46,443 nt of DNA from positions 1 through 46,443 of the IMG/VR virus record IMGVR_UViG_3300039916_000015; one strand, written 5' to 3'. How positions within the stretch are numbered: the first letter of the stretch is position 1; the number at the start of each line of letters is the position of its first letter. The notes beneath the pieces are model-generated. The model made no database searches. It worked only from the letters and a program-made list of their open reading frames with translations, and was not told the DNA's origin. The stretch is from a virus (lineage: Duplodnaviria > Caudoviricetes). The translations under genes were made by a program, and so were the position numbers. Below, one piece after another: positions 1-8,815 of this stretch.

Positions 1-66
1 TTACAGCCGTTGGGCCGCAAATGTTCTTTTGGTGGAGTTGCGGGAGAATCGCCTGTAAGTGGACTG

Positions 67-1188
67 ATGCGTCGAGTGGTGGGAAAACGGAAAGGCCGTC
101 TCGTTCGGCTGGCGCGCGAGCGTGAGCGGCATCGTATTCGGCGTAAGATGGATAGAGGATTGCGCCGGGCCCGGCTGTTGACGCTTATCGCTCGTCACCA
201 GCATCAACTTCCACCCGACGCTCCGCGTCGTCATCGGATTCCTTTGAAAGTTCCTCGTGTCTTGTCCTTAAAGGACAACTACGACGCAACGCTCAAGCTA
301 ATCGAAGACATTCGGAGCTATGCGTTAGAGGGTTACCATCCGGTCGACCTCTTCTTTGATGACGTGGAGTACCTCGAGCCCGCGGCCCTTACCGTGCTGA
401 CTGCGGAGATACATCGCTGCCGAAACTTGCGAAAGGTGAATGGGAAACCTGCCGTATCGGGCTATTATCCGTCCAACGCAGAGATTTATCGGCAGCTTCA
501 TGAGATCGGATTTTTTCGTCTCCTAGAGATCAAGGATTCACATCCGCCCTTGGAGGACAAAGGCGCTGCTCGCACGCGACTCGTATTGCCTTTTCTGACA
601 GATGCCGTTGTGACAGCCGAAAGATCTGCTTGGTTCATCGATCAACTGGCGGCTTTGATCGAGGATGCTGTGCCTATGGACGCGAAAAGCAAGCGCTACC
701 TTCAGGGCGCAATTGTTGAAGCGATGAAGAACGCTGGTGAGCATGCCTACAAGCTCAAGCCTCAATATCAGGCATTGGGTCACCGATGGTGGTTGACGGG
801 AGCCTTCGATCTTGAGCGTCGCGAAGTAGCCATTTTGCTGTTCGATCAAGGCGTCGGCATTCCAGCGACGTTGGAGCCAGACCTTAGGGACAAGCTCGAG
901 TCAGTGACGCGGGCTGAGGGAGTGACGCCGCGTGACAGCCTTATGATTGAGATTGCCACCCGTCCAGGGGAGTCCTCGACAGGTCAATCAGGTCGAGGTC
1001 AGGGCTTCAAGACCATGCGAAAATTTGTAGATTTTTGCGATGACGGCGACCTTATTGTTTACAGCAATAACGGCAACTATCTATACGCACGTGCCGGAAC
1101 GGCGCGTAACGATCGTACGTTGTCGCTCGGTGGAACATTGATACAATGGCGCTTCAGACACTCCGAACCGGTGATGGTGGCCGCGTGA
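67..1188 (+). CDS. STAS-like N-terminal domain plus HATPase_c (anti-sigma-factor-kinase-like) ATP-binding protein
   Basis: GHKL boxes EAMKNAGEHAY (N), DQGVGI (G1), GRGQGF (G2), GGTLI; STAS-like VDLFFDDVEYLEPAALTVL; start uncertain (TTG at 10 or ATG at 67). Confidence 0.8.
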   Translation: MRRVVGKRKGRLVRLARERERHRIRRKMDRGLRRARLLTLIARHQHQLPPDAPRRHRIPLKVPRVLSLKDNYDATLKLIEDIRSYALEGYHPVDLFFDDVEYLEPAALTVLTAEIHRCRNLRKVNGKPAVSGYYPSNAEIYRQLHEIGFFRLLEIKDSHPPLEDKGAARTRLVLPFLTDAVVTAERSAWFIDQLAALIEDAVPMDAKSKRYLQGAIVEAMKNAGEHAYKLKPQYQALGHRWWLTGAFDLERREVAILLFDQGVGIPATLEPDLRDKLESVTRAEGVTPRDSLMIEIATRPGESSTGQSGRGQGFKTMRKFVDFCDDGDLIVYSNNGNYLYARAGTARNDRTLSLGGTLIQWRFRHSEPVMVAA

Positions 1189-1505
1189 CGCACACAATCT
1201 CAGTGGCGCGTGATTTCTCGAAAACCCCTGGGCCTCGCTTTATCAAGCAGGGCAACTGGAGCGGCGAGAAATTTAGGAAGTTGTTGGAGGACCGTCTTCG
1301 TCGGCATGGACAGATCGTGGTCGATCTCGATGGCACGCGCGGATACGGATCGTCGTTCTTGGATGAGGCGTTCGGCGGACTTGTGCGCGAATGCGTTCTC
1401 AAGCGCGAGGAGTTTACACGCTGCGTTGATATTGTGTCCGCAGAAGATCCAACATATCGCCAAGAAGCTTTGGACGCTGTTCAGAAGGCCGAGCCTCGGC
1501 AATAG
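1185..1505 (+). CDS. STAS-like domain protein (DUF4325-like)
   Basis: ISVARDFSKTPGPR...SGEKFR...VDLDGTRGYGSSFLDEAFGGL signature; GTG start overlaps the upstream TGA (GTGA). Confidence 0.85.
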   Translation: MTHTISVARDFSKTPGPRFIKQGNWSGEKFRKLLEDRLRRHGQIVVDLDGTRGYGSSFLDEAFGGLVRECVLKREEFTRCVDIVSAEDPTYRQEALDAVQKAEPRQ

Positions 1506-1516
1506 GGCTGGTCAAC

Positions 1517-2086
1517 ATGACCGCTCCAAGCGACTTACGAAGCGCCGATACCGAGGTGTCTAAGCCTGAAACTTCATCGCCAGCAGCACCCACGACATTG
1601 CGGTGCGAAGAAATCGATGTTCGGGGCCAGTCGGCGTTTCTATGCGTGAACAAGCCCAAGCTTTGGGAACCCTATCTAATAGGGTTTCCTGGCGTAGTGG
1701 TTGCTATCATTGGCTTCATAATCGTTCATTGTCTGTCGGTTCGCCGTCAACAGCGTGACGAACAGTTCAAGATGGTTCAGTCGGCTCGCGAATTGATTGC
1801 CGCAGTCGCATCTGAGGCAGAAGAGGCTTGGTTGAGTCGCCGAGATCGCGATTCGACAGGGCCGGTATTGATACAAAGGGTCGGCCGGGTCGGCCGCGTG
1901 GTCCACCAGTTGAAGGTCCGTCACAAGCGGCTGAATGTGGGTTCCCTCGTTACCGGGTTTCGGCAGGCGGTAACGCTTGATTTTGAGGACGGCAGTCCTT
2001 CGCCCGAACGTCGAGCTGAGATATCGATTGCAGCCGCCGAACTGGATGAAGAAATAATCCTCCAGTTCTTGAAAAAATACGGCTGA
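1517..2086 (+). CDS. Single-pass membrane protein, putative effector of the cassette
   Basis: Hydrophobic LIGFPGVVVAIIGFIIVHCL followed by a charged helical domain; 11 bp after the STAS gene. Confidence 0.7.
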   Translation: MTAPSDLRSADTEVSKPETSSPAAPTTLRCEEIDVRGQSAFLCVNKPKLWEPYLIGFPGVVVAIIGFIIVHCLSVRRQQRDEQFKMVQSARELIAAVASEAEEAWLSRRDRDSTGPVLIQRVGRVGRVVHQLKVRHKRLNVGSLVTGFRQAVTLDFEDGSPSPERRAEISIAAAELDEEIILQFLKKYG

Positions 2087-2087
2087 C

Positions 2088-3215
2088 TTAACGGCTTGCA
2101 GCGATGCGGGCCGAAATAAGCAGTGCGATGCGGTCTCGATCGACGTAGCGACGGCGGATCTTCTTCACGTCATCGGTGTCCCAGCCCATCATGTCTGCGA
2201 TCATCTCGTCGCTGAGGCCGGTCGCCATCAGCAGCGTCGCGAAGTTGCCGCGTAGGTCGTGAAGGTGTTTGTCGATGCTCGACGCATCGGCGGGTGCGTC
2301 CTCGGCCGGGACCGTGGCCTTGATCCAGGCGCCGGTCGGGCCGTCCTTCGACCACTGTTTGCCGGCGGCCGTCGTCATCACGAACAGGGGGAGGAGCACC
2401 GGCTTACCCTTCGCTTCGGCCTTGGCGGTGTGGAGGCGCTGTGCCTCGCGGCATTCCGCCAGCACGACCTTCGCCTCTGGGAGGAGCGGCACGATGATGC
2501 GCTTTCGACCACGGCTCTTGCCGGTCGGCATCTCGATCGAGGTCTCGTTGATGTGGGACCACTGCAGCTTGCGCAGGTCGCCACGGCGCAGCCCGGTCGC
2601 GGCGGCCATGCGGAAGAAGCGCGACGCCGGCGCTGTCGTGCGTGAGAGGATGGCGGCGAACTCGTCCGGTTCGACGATCTCGGCCGAGCGGTCGACCTCG
2701 TAGAGGTTAGGGATGCCTTCGGCGGGATTGGCTTCGGTCAGCTCGTTGTCTTTCGCCCAGGCAAACAGGCGACGCAGCACCTGGACGCCGTAGTCGGCCT
2801 TGCGGGGCGTCGCGGCGAACTCGTTACGCCAAGCGATGATGAGGCGCCGCGTTCCCTTGGCCTTCAGCGCGACGACGGGCAGGGCGCCAAAGCGGGCGTT
2901 GATGACGTCCAGCCATCGCGCCCATTCTTTCTTCGTGCTGTCGGCGAGCTTCTGGTAGCCGTCCGGGGCGGCCTTGAACTGCGCTACCAAACCCGAGACC
3001 AGATCCTTCGGCACATCGGTGCGTCTGGCAGCGGCATAGGCCTCGGCGAGCCTGTCGGCGCCTGCCGCCTCGACCTTGATCAGATCCGCAAGCGTGTCCG
3101 CTTCGAACCGCCCGATCGCGGGACCGCCGCGCCACGCCTGCCAATAGGCCAGCACGCGGCCTGAGCGGCGGCGAATGAGCCTATGCGCGCCTGGCAGTTT
3201 CACCTTGGCTTCCAT
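2088..3215 (-). CDS. int: Tyrosine recombinase / phage integrase
   Basis: TGLRRGDL (catalytic R), HDLRG (HxxR), MMGW, RRRYV (catalytic Y). Confidence 0.95.
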   Translation of the reverse strand: MEAKVKLPGAHRLIRRRSGRVLAYWQAWRGGPAIGRFEADTLADLIKVEAAGADRLAEAYAAARRTDVPKDLVSGLVAQFKAAPDGYQKLADSTKKEWARWLDVINARFGALPVVALKAKGTRRLIIAWRNEFAATPRKADYGVQVLRRLFAWAKDNELTEANPAEGIPNLYEVDRSAEIVEPDEFAAILSRTTAPASRFFRMAAATGLRRGDLRKLQWSHINETSIEMPTGKSRGRKRIIVPLLPEAKVVLAECREAQRLHTAKAEAKGKPVLLPLFVMTTAAGKQWSKDGPTGAWIKATVPAEDAPADASSIDKHLHDLRGNFATLLMATGLSDEMIADMMGWDTDDVKKIRRRYVDRDRIALLISARIAASR

Positions 3216-3465
3216 GTTCCTCGATCCACCTGGCCAGCGCTACGTCGGGATCGTCATCTGCGGACGTCGCCGGCGGGGCGGCCGAGGGCGTAGAGGGACT
3301 CAGACCGGACAGCTGGTCAAGCCAGGCGTCCAGGGCGCGGAGGTCGTAGCGGACAAGCGACCCGATCTTGCACGGCGGCACCGGCACAGCGGACATAGTT
3401 TTCAGGGCCAGATACTCGCAGGCCTGCTCCTTCGTCAGCAGTCGCGGATTGATCACCATTCCCAT
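3181..3465 (-). CDS. Excisionase-like HTH protein
   Basis: PRLLTKEQACEYL...VRYDLRALDAWLD (MerR/AlpA-type xis pattern); overlaps the int start; ATG at 3465 or 3459 within track ORF 3181..3849. Confidence 0.8.
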   Translation of the reverse strand: MGMVINPRLLTKEQACEYLALKTMSAVPVPPCKIGSLVRYDLRALDAWLDQLSGLSPSTPSAAPPATSADDDPDVALARWIEEHGSQGETARRA

Positions 3466-3497
3466 GGTCAGGCGGCCTTGGCCATGCCAATCAAACG

Positions 3498-4286
3498 TTG
3501 CTGAGTCGAACCGGAGAGATTGCGTTGAGGGTTGTGGATGCGTGGGTCGTGACGATGGTCGCCATTGCGACGGTTGCGACGTGCCTTTTGGTATATTGGG
3601 CGGCAAAACCATCCTGGTCGGTTGGGTCGATGGGTGAGTGGATCTCGGGCTTGGGCAGCTTCGGGGCAGTGATCGTTGCGGTCGTTGTGGCAGGACGACA
3701 GCAAGCGCTGGCGAGAGCTCAGTTCCAAGATGAGCGAGATCACATGGCAGATACCATTGCAGAGGAGCGACGGTACCAAGAGCGGCTCCAGTCGATGGAG
3801 CATTCTGCAAGGAAAGCTGCGCAGGCCGATGAAGACTTTCGCACCGCAAACTACATTCTGAGAAGGCTCAGCAGCGGTATGGAAGTGGCCACAAGCGTTA
3901 TGCCGCACATCCAGGCAACGCCCGCCGACTGCAATCACCGAGCGCAAATCGTTCTGGATACTAAGGCTTTTCGAGCCGCAGAGGAGGCGGCTGCCCTGTA
4001 CGGCCCGCATACATTTAAAAGTGACCGCCTCAGCCGAGCTTTTGATATTATCGTGCATGTTTGGGGCCGAGTTGTAACTACCTACACGATACTGGCAACT
4101 CCGGAACCGGGACTTATGTCCGAGGCTGTCGCACATCTTACGCTTGACGGTGATCTTGAGACGAAGCTGGCGGCATGTGCGAGTGTTGTGTTCCTGTCTG
4201 AGCCGGGGACAGACATGTCCGAGATGGACGCGCAGCAGGCGGGTGTGCTCTGGGCGAAGCAATCGCTTCGTGGCGGCACGGTCTGA
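3498..4286 (+). CDS. Membrane-anchored moron protein (two N-terminal hydrophobic segments)
   Basis: Opposite strand to the flanking operon, lower GC; WISGLGSFGAVIVAVVVAGRQQ TM segment then coiled coil; true start may be downstream (~3556). Confidence 0.65.
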   Translation: MLSRTGEIALRVVDAWVVTMVAIATVATCLLVYWAAKPSWSVGSMGEWISGLGSFGAVIVAVVVAGRQQALARAQFQDERDHMADTIAEERRYQERLQSMEHSARKAAQADEDFRTANYILRRLSSGMEVATSVMPHIQATPADCNHRAQIVLDTKAFRAAEEAAALYGPHTFKSDRLSRAFDIIVHVWGRVVTTYTILATPEPGLMSEAVAHLTLDGDLETKLAACASVVFLSEPGTDMSEMDAQQAGVLWAKQSLRGGTV

Positions 4287-4291
4287 GGCCA

Positions 4292-5422
4292 TCAGACCCT
4301 CACCGGCATGACGATGTTGACCAAGCCCTCGGCATTCTTCGCGCCCGGTCCGGGGTCGAGGCGAGCCGGGCTGCCGGGGTCGGTGACGCGAAACAGCATC
4401 TGGTCGGCGTCGGTCTGGTCCAGCAGGTCGAGCAGATACTTGGCGTTGAAGCCGGTCTCGAATGCCGGACCTGCGCCGCTGACCTCGATCTCCTCGGCCG
4501 CGACGCCCGCCTCCATGTTTCGGACGGTCAGGGTCAGCACCTCCTCCGCGATCGTCATCTTCACCGATCGGGCCTTCTCGCCGCTGATCAGGGAGACGCG
4601 TTTGATCGCCTCCTTCAACAGGGCGCGGTCGATGGTGATCTCGCGGTCCCACTGACGGGGCGTGATCCGCTCATAGTCAGGATAGGCACCGTCCAGCGCC
4701 TTGGTGATCAGGCGACCTGTGCCGGTGTGGAGCGCGAGGCCTGTGCTGGCGACCTCCAGCGTGACCGGATCTTTCAGGTCGGCGAGGATCCGACGCATCT
4801 CATTGGCGGCCTTGCGGGGGATGGTGACCGAGGGCATCCGGTCGGTGGCATCGAAGGCCACCTGGTCCCGGACCATGCGGTGTCCGTCGGTCGCGACCGT
4901 CCGCAGCACCCGCTCGCCTTCGTCGGACACCATGCAAAGGTGGACGCCGTTCAGATAGTAGCGGGTCTCATCCGTGCTCTGAGCGAAGTGGACGCGGTCG
5001 AGCAGGCGGTGCAGCACCGCCGCATCCAGGGTCAGGCTGACGGCCTCGCTCAACTCGCCGCGAATGGGAAAGTCGCCGGCAGGCAGGACGGGCAACTGAT
5101 ACCGCGAGCGCCCGAACTTGACGGTGGCGCGGGGGTCGTTGTGATCCGCCCATTCGATCGCCAGTTCCGCGCCGGCCGGGGCGTTGCGCGCGATCTCGGC
5201 CAGGGTGGCGGCGCTGACCGTGAACTCTCCCTCCTGAGCGATGTCGGCCGGCAGCTTCTCGACGACCTCGATGTCCAGATCCGTGGCGGTGATCGACAGT
5301 CGGTCGCCCTCGGCACGGAGCAGCACGTTGGATAGGATCGGGATGGTGTTGCGGCGTTCGACGGCACTGACGACGCGGGCGGTAGCGCGTTGGAGCGCGG
5401 GCTGCTGGACCAGAACTTTCAT
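4292..5422 (-). CDS. dnaN: DNA polymerase III beta sliding clamp (phage-encoded)
   Basis: VERRNTIPILSNVLL, ATDLDI, DETRYYLNGV, VATDGHRM, YPDYERI, GFNAKYLLD, C-terminal MPVRV; 376 aa. Confidence 0.95.
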   Translation of the reverse strand: MKVLVQQPALQRATARVVSAVERRNTIPILSNVLLRAEGDRLSITATDLDIEVVEKLPADIAQEGEFTVSAATLAEIARNAPAGAELAIEWADHNDPRATVKFGRSRYQLPVLPAGDFPIRGELSEAVSLTLDAAVLHRLLDRVHFAQSTDETRYYLNGVHLCMVSDEGERVLRTVATDGHRMVRDQVAFDATDRMPSVTIPRKAANEMRRILADLKDPVTLEVASTGLALHTGTGRLITKALDGAYPDYERITPRQWDREITIDRALLKEAIKRVSLISGEKARSVKMTIAEEVLTLTVRNMEAGVAAEEIEVSGAGPAFETGFNAKYLLDLLDQTDADQMLFRVTDPGSPARLDPGPGAKNAEGLVNIVMPVRV

Positions 5423-5775
5423 TCGTCTTCCGCCTCAAGGCATTCGTTGATCGTCAGCAGCTGGCGACGCAGGCTGATGAGGTGTTCTTTCGCCGTGCTC
5501 ATGACGGGCGCATCGCGATGGAGCGCACCGTGGAGGTTGGCGGCGATCTCGGTCGCCCGGCTGGCCGCCTGGAGCAGCCGTTCGCTGGGTCCGCCCTCGT
5601 CCCAGTCAGGCGAGACGCCCTCGGCATGGGTGAGCGCCGCTTCGCCCCAGTTCCGGCTCCAGGCGGCCTGCTCAGCCTCGCCGCCCCGGTCGATTGCCTT
5701 GTGCAGTTCGTAGCGGGCCTGGGTCAGATTGCCGTCGAACGACAGGTCACGGTTGGATGGGATCATCGGCGTCAT
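5419..5775 (-). CDS. Hypothetical phage protein
   Basis: Translationally coupled on both sides (TGATG and ATGA overlaps). Confidence 0.7.
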   Translation of the reverse strand: MTPMIPSNRDLSFDGNLTQARYELHKAIDRGGEAEQAAWSRNWGEAALTHAEGVSPDWDEGGPSERLLQAASRATEIAANLHGALHRDAPVMSTAKEHLISLRRQLLTINECLEAEDE

Positions 5776-6431
5776 CAGGCGGCCTCCGCCTCAGCGACCA
5801 TCGCCTTCGCCGCCGCGATCTCTTCAGCAAAGCGGGCGGCGTCGATGACGACGACGGTCGAGCCGGGCCAGTAGGTCGTGACCGTCTCGGTCTTCTTCCA
5901 CTCGTTGAAGAAGTCGATCAGCTTGGGGAGGTCCCGGCACTCCGCGTCCTCATGGTGCTCGTCCATGAGGTAGTTCTCGATCGCGTCTTCCAGATCGAAG
6001 TCGAAGCCCTTCGCGGTCGTGACGTAGCAATAGCTGGGTGCTCCGGCGCCGATATCGGTGAGGTTCTCGACAAGCTCCTCGATGCTGCCGGCGTAGGTCT
6101 CTTCGCCATCGCAAACCCACTTCGCCCATTCACTGGACGCCGCCCACTCTTCGGGCGTCAGGGTTGGCGCAGCGATCAGCGCCTTGGCGGCCCGGACGTT
6201 GGCCGCGCGTTCGCGCGCCTCAGGAGAGCGCTCGGCGGCGGCGCGCTCGAGGTATTCAGCGCCCGTCAGATCGACCGCGAAGCGTTCCGCGTTCGGGGCG
6301 TAGAAGACGTTCGGGGTTTCCCCGTCCTTCGCCACCTTGATCAGGATCGGGATTGGTCTCGACGTATCCACGCCCTCTTTCAGGCTGAGACGCGGGAAGT
6401 TCAGGACCGGCAGTTCCACGGTGTCGGCCAT
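5775..6431 (-). CDS. Hypothetical acidic phage protein
   Basis: Coupled TGATG junctions at both ends; 218 aa. Confidence 0.75.
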   Translation of the reverse strand: MADTVELPVLNFPRLSLKEGVDTSRPIPILIKVAKDGETPNVFYAPNAERFAVDLTGAEYLERAAAERSPEARERAANVRAAKALIAAPTLTPEEWAASSEWAKWVCDGEETYAGSIEELVENLTDIGAGAPSYCYVTTAKGFDFDLEDAIENYLMDEHHEDAECRDLPKLIDFFNEWKKTETVTTYWPGSTVVVIDAARFAEEIAAAKAMVAEAEAA

Positions 6432-6754
6432 CAGGCGGCGTCCTTCATGTCGTCGGCCATCACGAGGCGGTTGCGGCGCAGGGCGGCTTGCAGGACGTCG
6501 CGGCCTTTGCCGTCGAGGTAGGCGTGGCCGATGAGGCGGTCGCGGTCGTTGCCGGCGTCCAGGGCGAAGACGGAGACGGCGCGGCGGTTCTGCGTGTCGC
6601 CGTCGATTTCAAGGTCTTCGATCTCGACCAGTTCGAGCGCCTGAAGGCCGCGCTCGCGCTGAATGTGGCGGGCCAATGCCTCGAGGTCGGGGAAGGCTTT
6701 CGGCTTGTCGGCGGGGTTCGCCGTCAGGATGGCGAAGCGGACATCATGGGACAT
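6431..6754 (-). CDS. Hypothetical phage protein
   Basis: ATG at 6754 preceded by a GGAGA RBS; alternative coupled start at 6847. Confidence 0.7.
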   Translation of the reverse strand: MSHDVRFAILTANPADKPKAFPDLEALARHIQRERGLQALELVEIEDLEIDGDTQNRRAVSVFALDAGNDRDRLIGHAYLDGKGRDVLQAALRRNRLVMADDMKDAA

Positions 6755-6846
6755 GCGGTATCTCCGGCGATACAGGTTGCGGGGTGCGGGGGTCGGCAGA
6801 TTGTGGGCGCCCAGCAGGGCGACGCCTTCGGTCCAGGACGGGCGCA

Positions 6847-8802
6847 TCAGGCGGCCTGGTCCTGGTCGTCGTCGGCCTGAGCCGATCCGTCGTCGCCGGT
6901 CGGCGTGTCGTCGGCGGCGGCAAGGTGTTCATCGGTCAGGGTGACGGCGCCCTCGTGGGTCCAGTCGAAGCCGTCCTCGCCGAATGCGACGCCGTTGTCG
7001 TCGAGGAAGCTGGTTAAGATCTGCACAGCCAGTTCGTTCGCCTGCTCCTCGGTCAGGTCGGGGCGGCGGTCGGCGGCGACGGCGGCGATCGCCTCGACGA
7101 ACGCCTCTTCGCTGGGCGCGTCAGGCTGAGCGGGCGTCGGGGTCAGGACGCCGCCGGCGGCGTTGGCGGCGACGACGATCATCTGATTGATCGTCAGTTC
7201 CTGCTCGCTGGGCGCTTGATAGTGGTTACGGTCCTTCACCGTCTTGCCGTTTGCGGCGACGATGACGCCGGATGGCAAGGCCTGCCACGGCAGGGGTCGG
7301 TCGAGGTCGCTGGCGATGCTGACGACCTCCTGCGGCTGACCGGCCTCAGGCCGTTCCTGGGCAACCGCCAGAAGGCGAAGGTGGCGTTGGCGCGCCTTAG
7401 CCCAAACCGCATCACGCGCGGCGAGCGCGGCGGTGCGATCGCGGTCCTGCTGCTCGCGCAGCGCAGCCTCGGCACGGGCCGCCTCGACCAGGGCGACGCC
7501 CTCCTCTGTCATTTCGCCCGGCTCAGCCAGCCATGGCGTCGCAAGGATCGGAGTCTCGGCATCCCAAGCCGGGGCGTTCTCGCCAAACACCTTGGCCTGG
7601 GCCTCGCGCAGCATGGCGATGCGCGTGCCGCTGTCCCCATGGAGACCGGCCGGCAGATTGGGTGTGCACCAGTCGACGCCGTGCGGGGCGCTGTAGGCGC
7701 GCTTGACGGTGTAGCGTCCAATGTCTGCGCCGTAGGCCTGAAGGCCGCAAAACTGCAGGACGCCCAGCTCTTGGAGGCGCTGTCCCTCGGGGGTGATGCT
7801 GGCTTCGGGCGCCACCACGACCTCGTTCCAGAAGTTGCCGTATCGGGTCATCTCGTAGGCGGCGAAAAAGGTCTCGACGGTCGCCAGCCATTCGGCCGGG
7901 GTCAGGTCGATCGGCTTCGGCGCATTATCCTTCGCCGTCAGCTTCTGACGGGCGTCGCGCACCGACAGATGTTTGGGGTCGTCGCGCGGCAGGGTCATGC
8001 GCTGCTGGTCGGCCTCGTCCAGCTTGAGGAAGCGACGGTGCTGCTGAACGTGTTCGGGGGTGTAGCCGAGGCGTTCGGCGATCAGCTTGTTCTCAAAGCC
8101 CAGCTCCGACAGCTGTTCGAACCCCTTGGCCTTTTCGATCGGGTTCAGCTTCCGACGCAGCAGGTTTTCAGCGATGGCGGCGAAGCGGGTTTCCTTGGCG
8201 TCGCGGTCCAGCAGGCGGGCCAGGATCGGCTCTTCGGCTTCCCAGTCGCCGTCGCTGATCGCCTCGCCGATCGCGCGCCAGCGGCGTTCGCCGGCGACCA
8301 GGCGATAGCGCGGCAGGGTCTGTTCGCCGGCGGGCGTCGTGACGGTGATGGTCGCATCCTGCAGGTCGTCATCGGCCATGGGGCGCACGACCAGGTTCTG
8401 CAGGAGGCCGTTCTTGACGATGTCGGCGCGCAGGGCGTCCAGCTCGTCTTTCGCCTCATCGCTGGTCCAGTCCTGACGGGCGTTGTCGGGATCGGGCAGG
8501 ATTTGATCGTGGCGCAGGGTCAGCAGGCCTTCTGGCAAGGCCTCGCCGCCGGAGGCCGTCTCCGCACGATTGATCGCCTCAAGTTGCAACAGACCGTCGG
8601 AGGTCAGGCCGTCCGCCATTGGATCCGGCAACAGCAGGCCGGCGGTGACCATGCCCTTCAGCGTCTTGCCGAGGTTGGAGTCATCGCGGCCGATGGCGGC
8701 CGCCAGCATCTTGATCGTCGGCGTAGCGCGGCGGGCGGCCGGCGAGGCCAGGGCGCGCAGGACGTCGGCGTTCTGGACGGCGAGGATGTTCAGGTCGAGC
8801 AT
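6847..8802 (-). CDS. ParB/Spo0J/KorB-family protein (N-terminal HTH, ParB CTPase domain, central HTH, long C-terminal extension)
   Basis: LRADIVKNGLLQNLVVR, LVAGERRWRA (arginine patch), ENLLRRKLNPIEKAKGF, HTH NKLIAERLGYTPEHVQQH. Confidence 0.9.
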   Translation of the reverse strand: MLDLNILAVQNADVLRALASPAARRATPTIKMLAAAIGRDDSNLGKTLKGMVTAGLLLPDPMADGLTSDGLLQLEAINRAETASGGEALPEGLLTLRHDQILPDPDNARQDWTSDEAKDELDALRADIVKNGLLQNLVVRPMADDDLQDATITVTTPAGEQTLPRYRLVAGERRWRAIGEAISDGDWEAEEPILARLLDRDAKETRFAAIAENLLRRKLNPIEKAKGFEQLSELGFENKLIAERLGYTPEHVQQHRRFLKLDEADQQRMTLPRDDPKHLSVRDARQKLTAKDNAPKPIDLTPAEWLATVETFFAAYEMTRYGNFWNEVVVAPEASITPEGQRLQELGVLQFCGLQAYGADIGRYTVKRAYSAPHGVDWCTPNLPAGLHGDSGTRIAMLREAQAKVFGENAPAWDAETPILATPWLAEPGEMTEEGVALVEAARAEAALREQQDRDRTAALAARDAVWAKARQRHLRLLAVAQERPEAGQPQEVVSIASDLDRPLPWQALPSGVIVAANGKTVKDRNHYQAPSEQELTINQMIVVAANAAGGVLTPTPAQPDAPSEEAFVEAIAAVAADRRPDLTEEQANELAVQILTSFLDDNGVAFGEDGFDWTHEGAVTLTDEHLAAADDTPTGDDGSAQADDDQDQAA

Positions 8803-8815
8803 GGTCAGGGTCCGG

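Noticed and set aside
1-234. 77-aa minus-strand ORF
   Set aside because: Antisense to the N-terminus of the HATPase gene; no recognisable features
4292-5422. dnaN as a host chromosomal locus marking the prophage edge
   Set aside because: No dnaA, recF or gyrB context; it is ATGA-coupled to phage genes and lies between xis and cI
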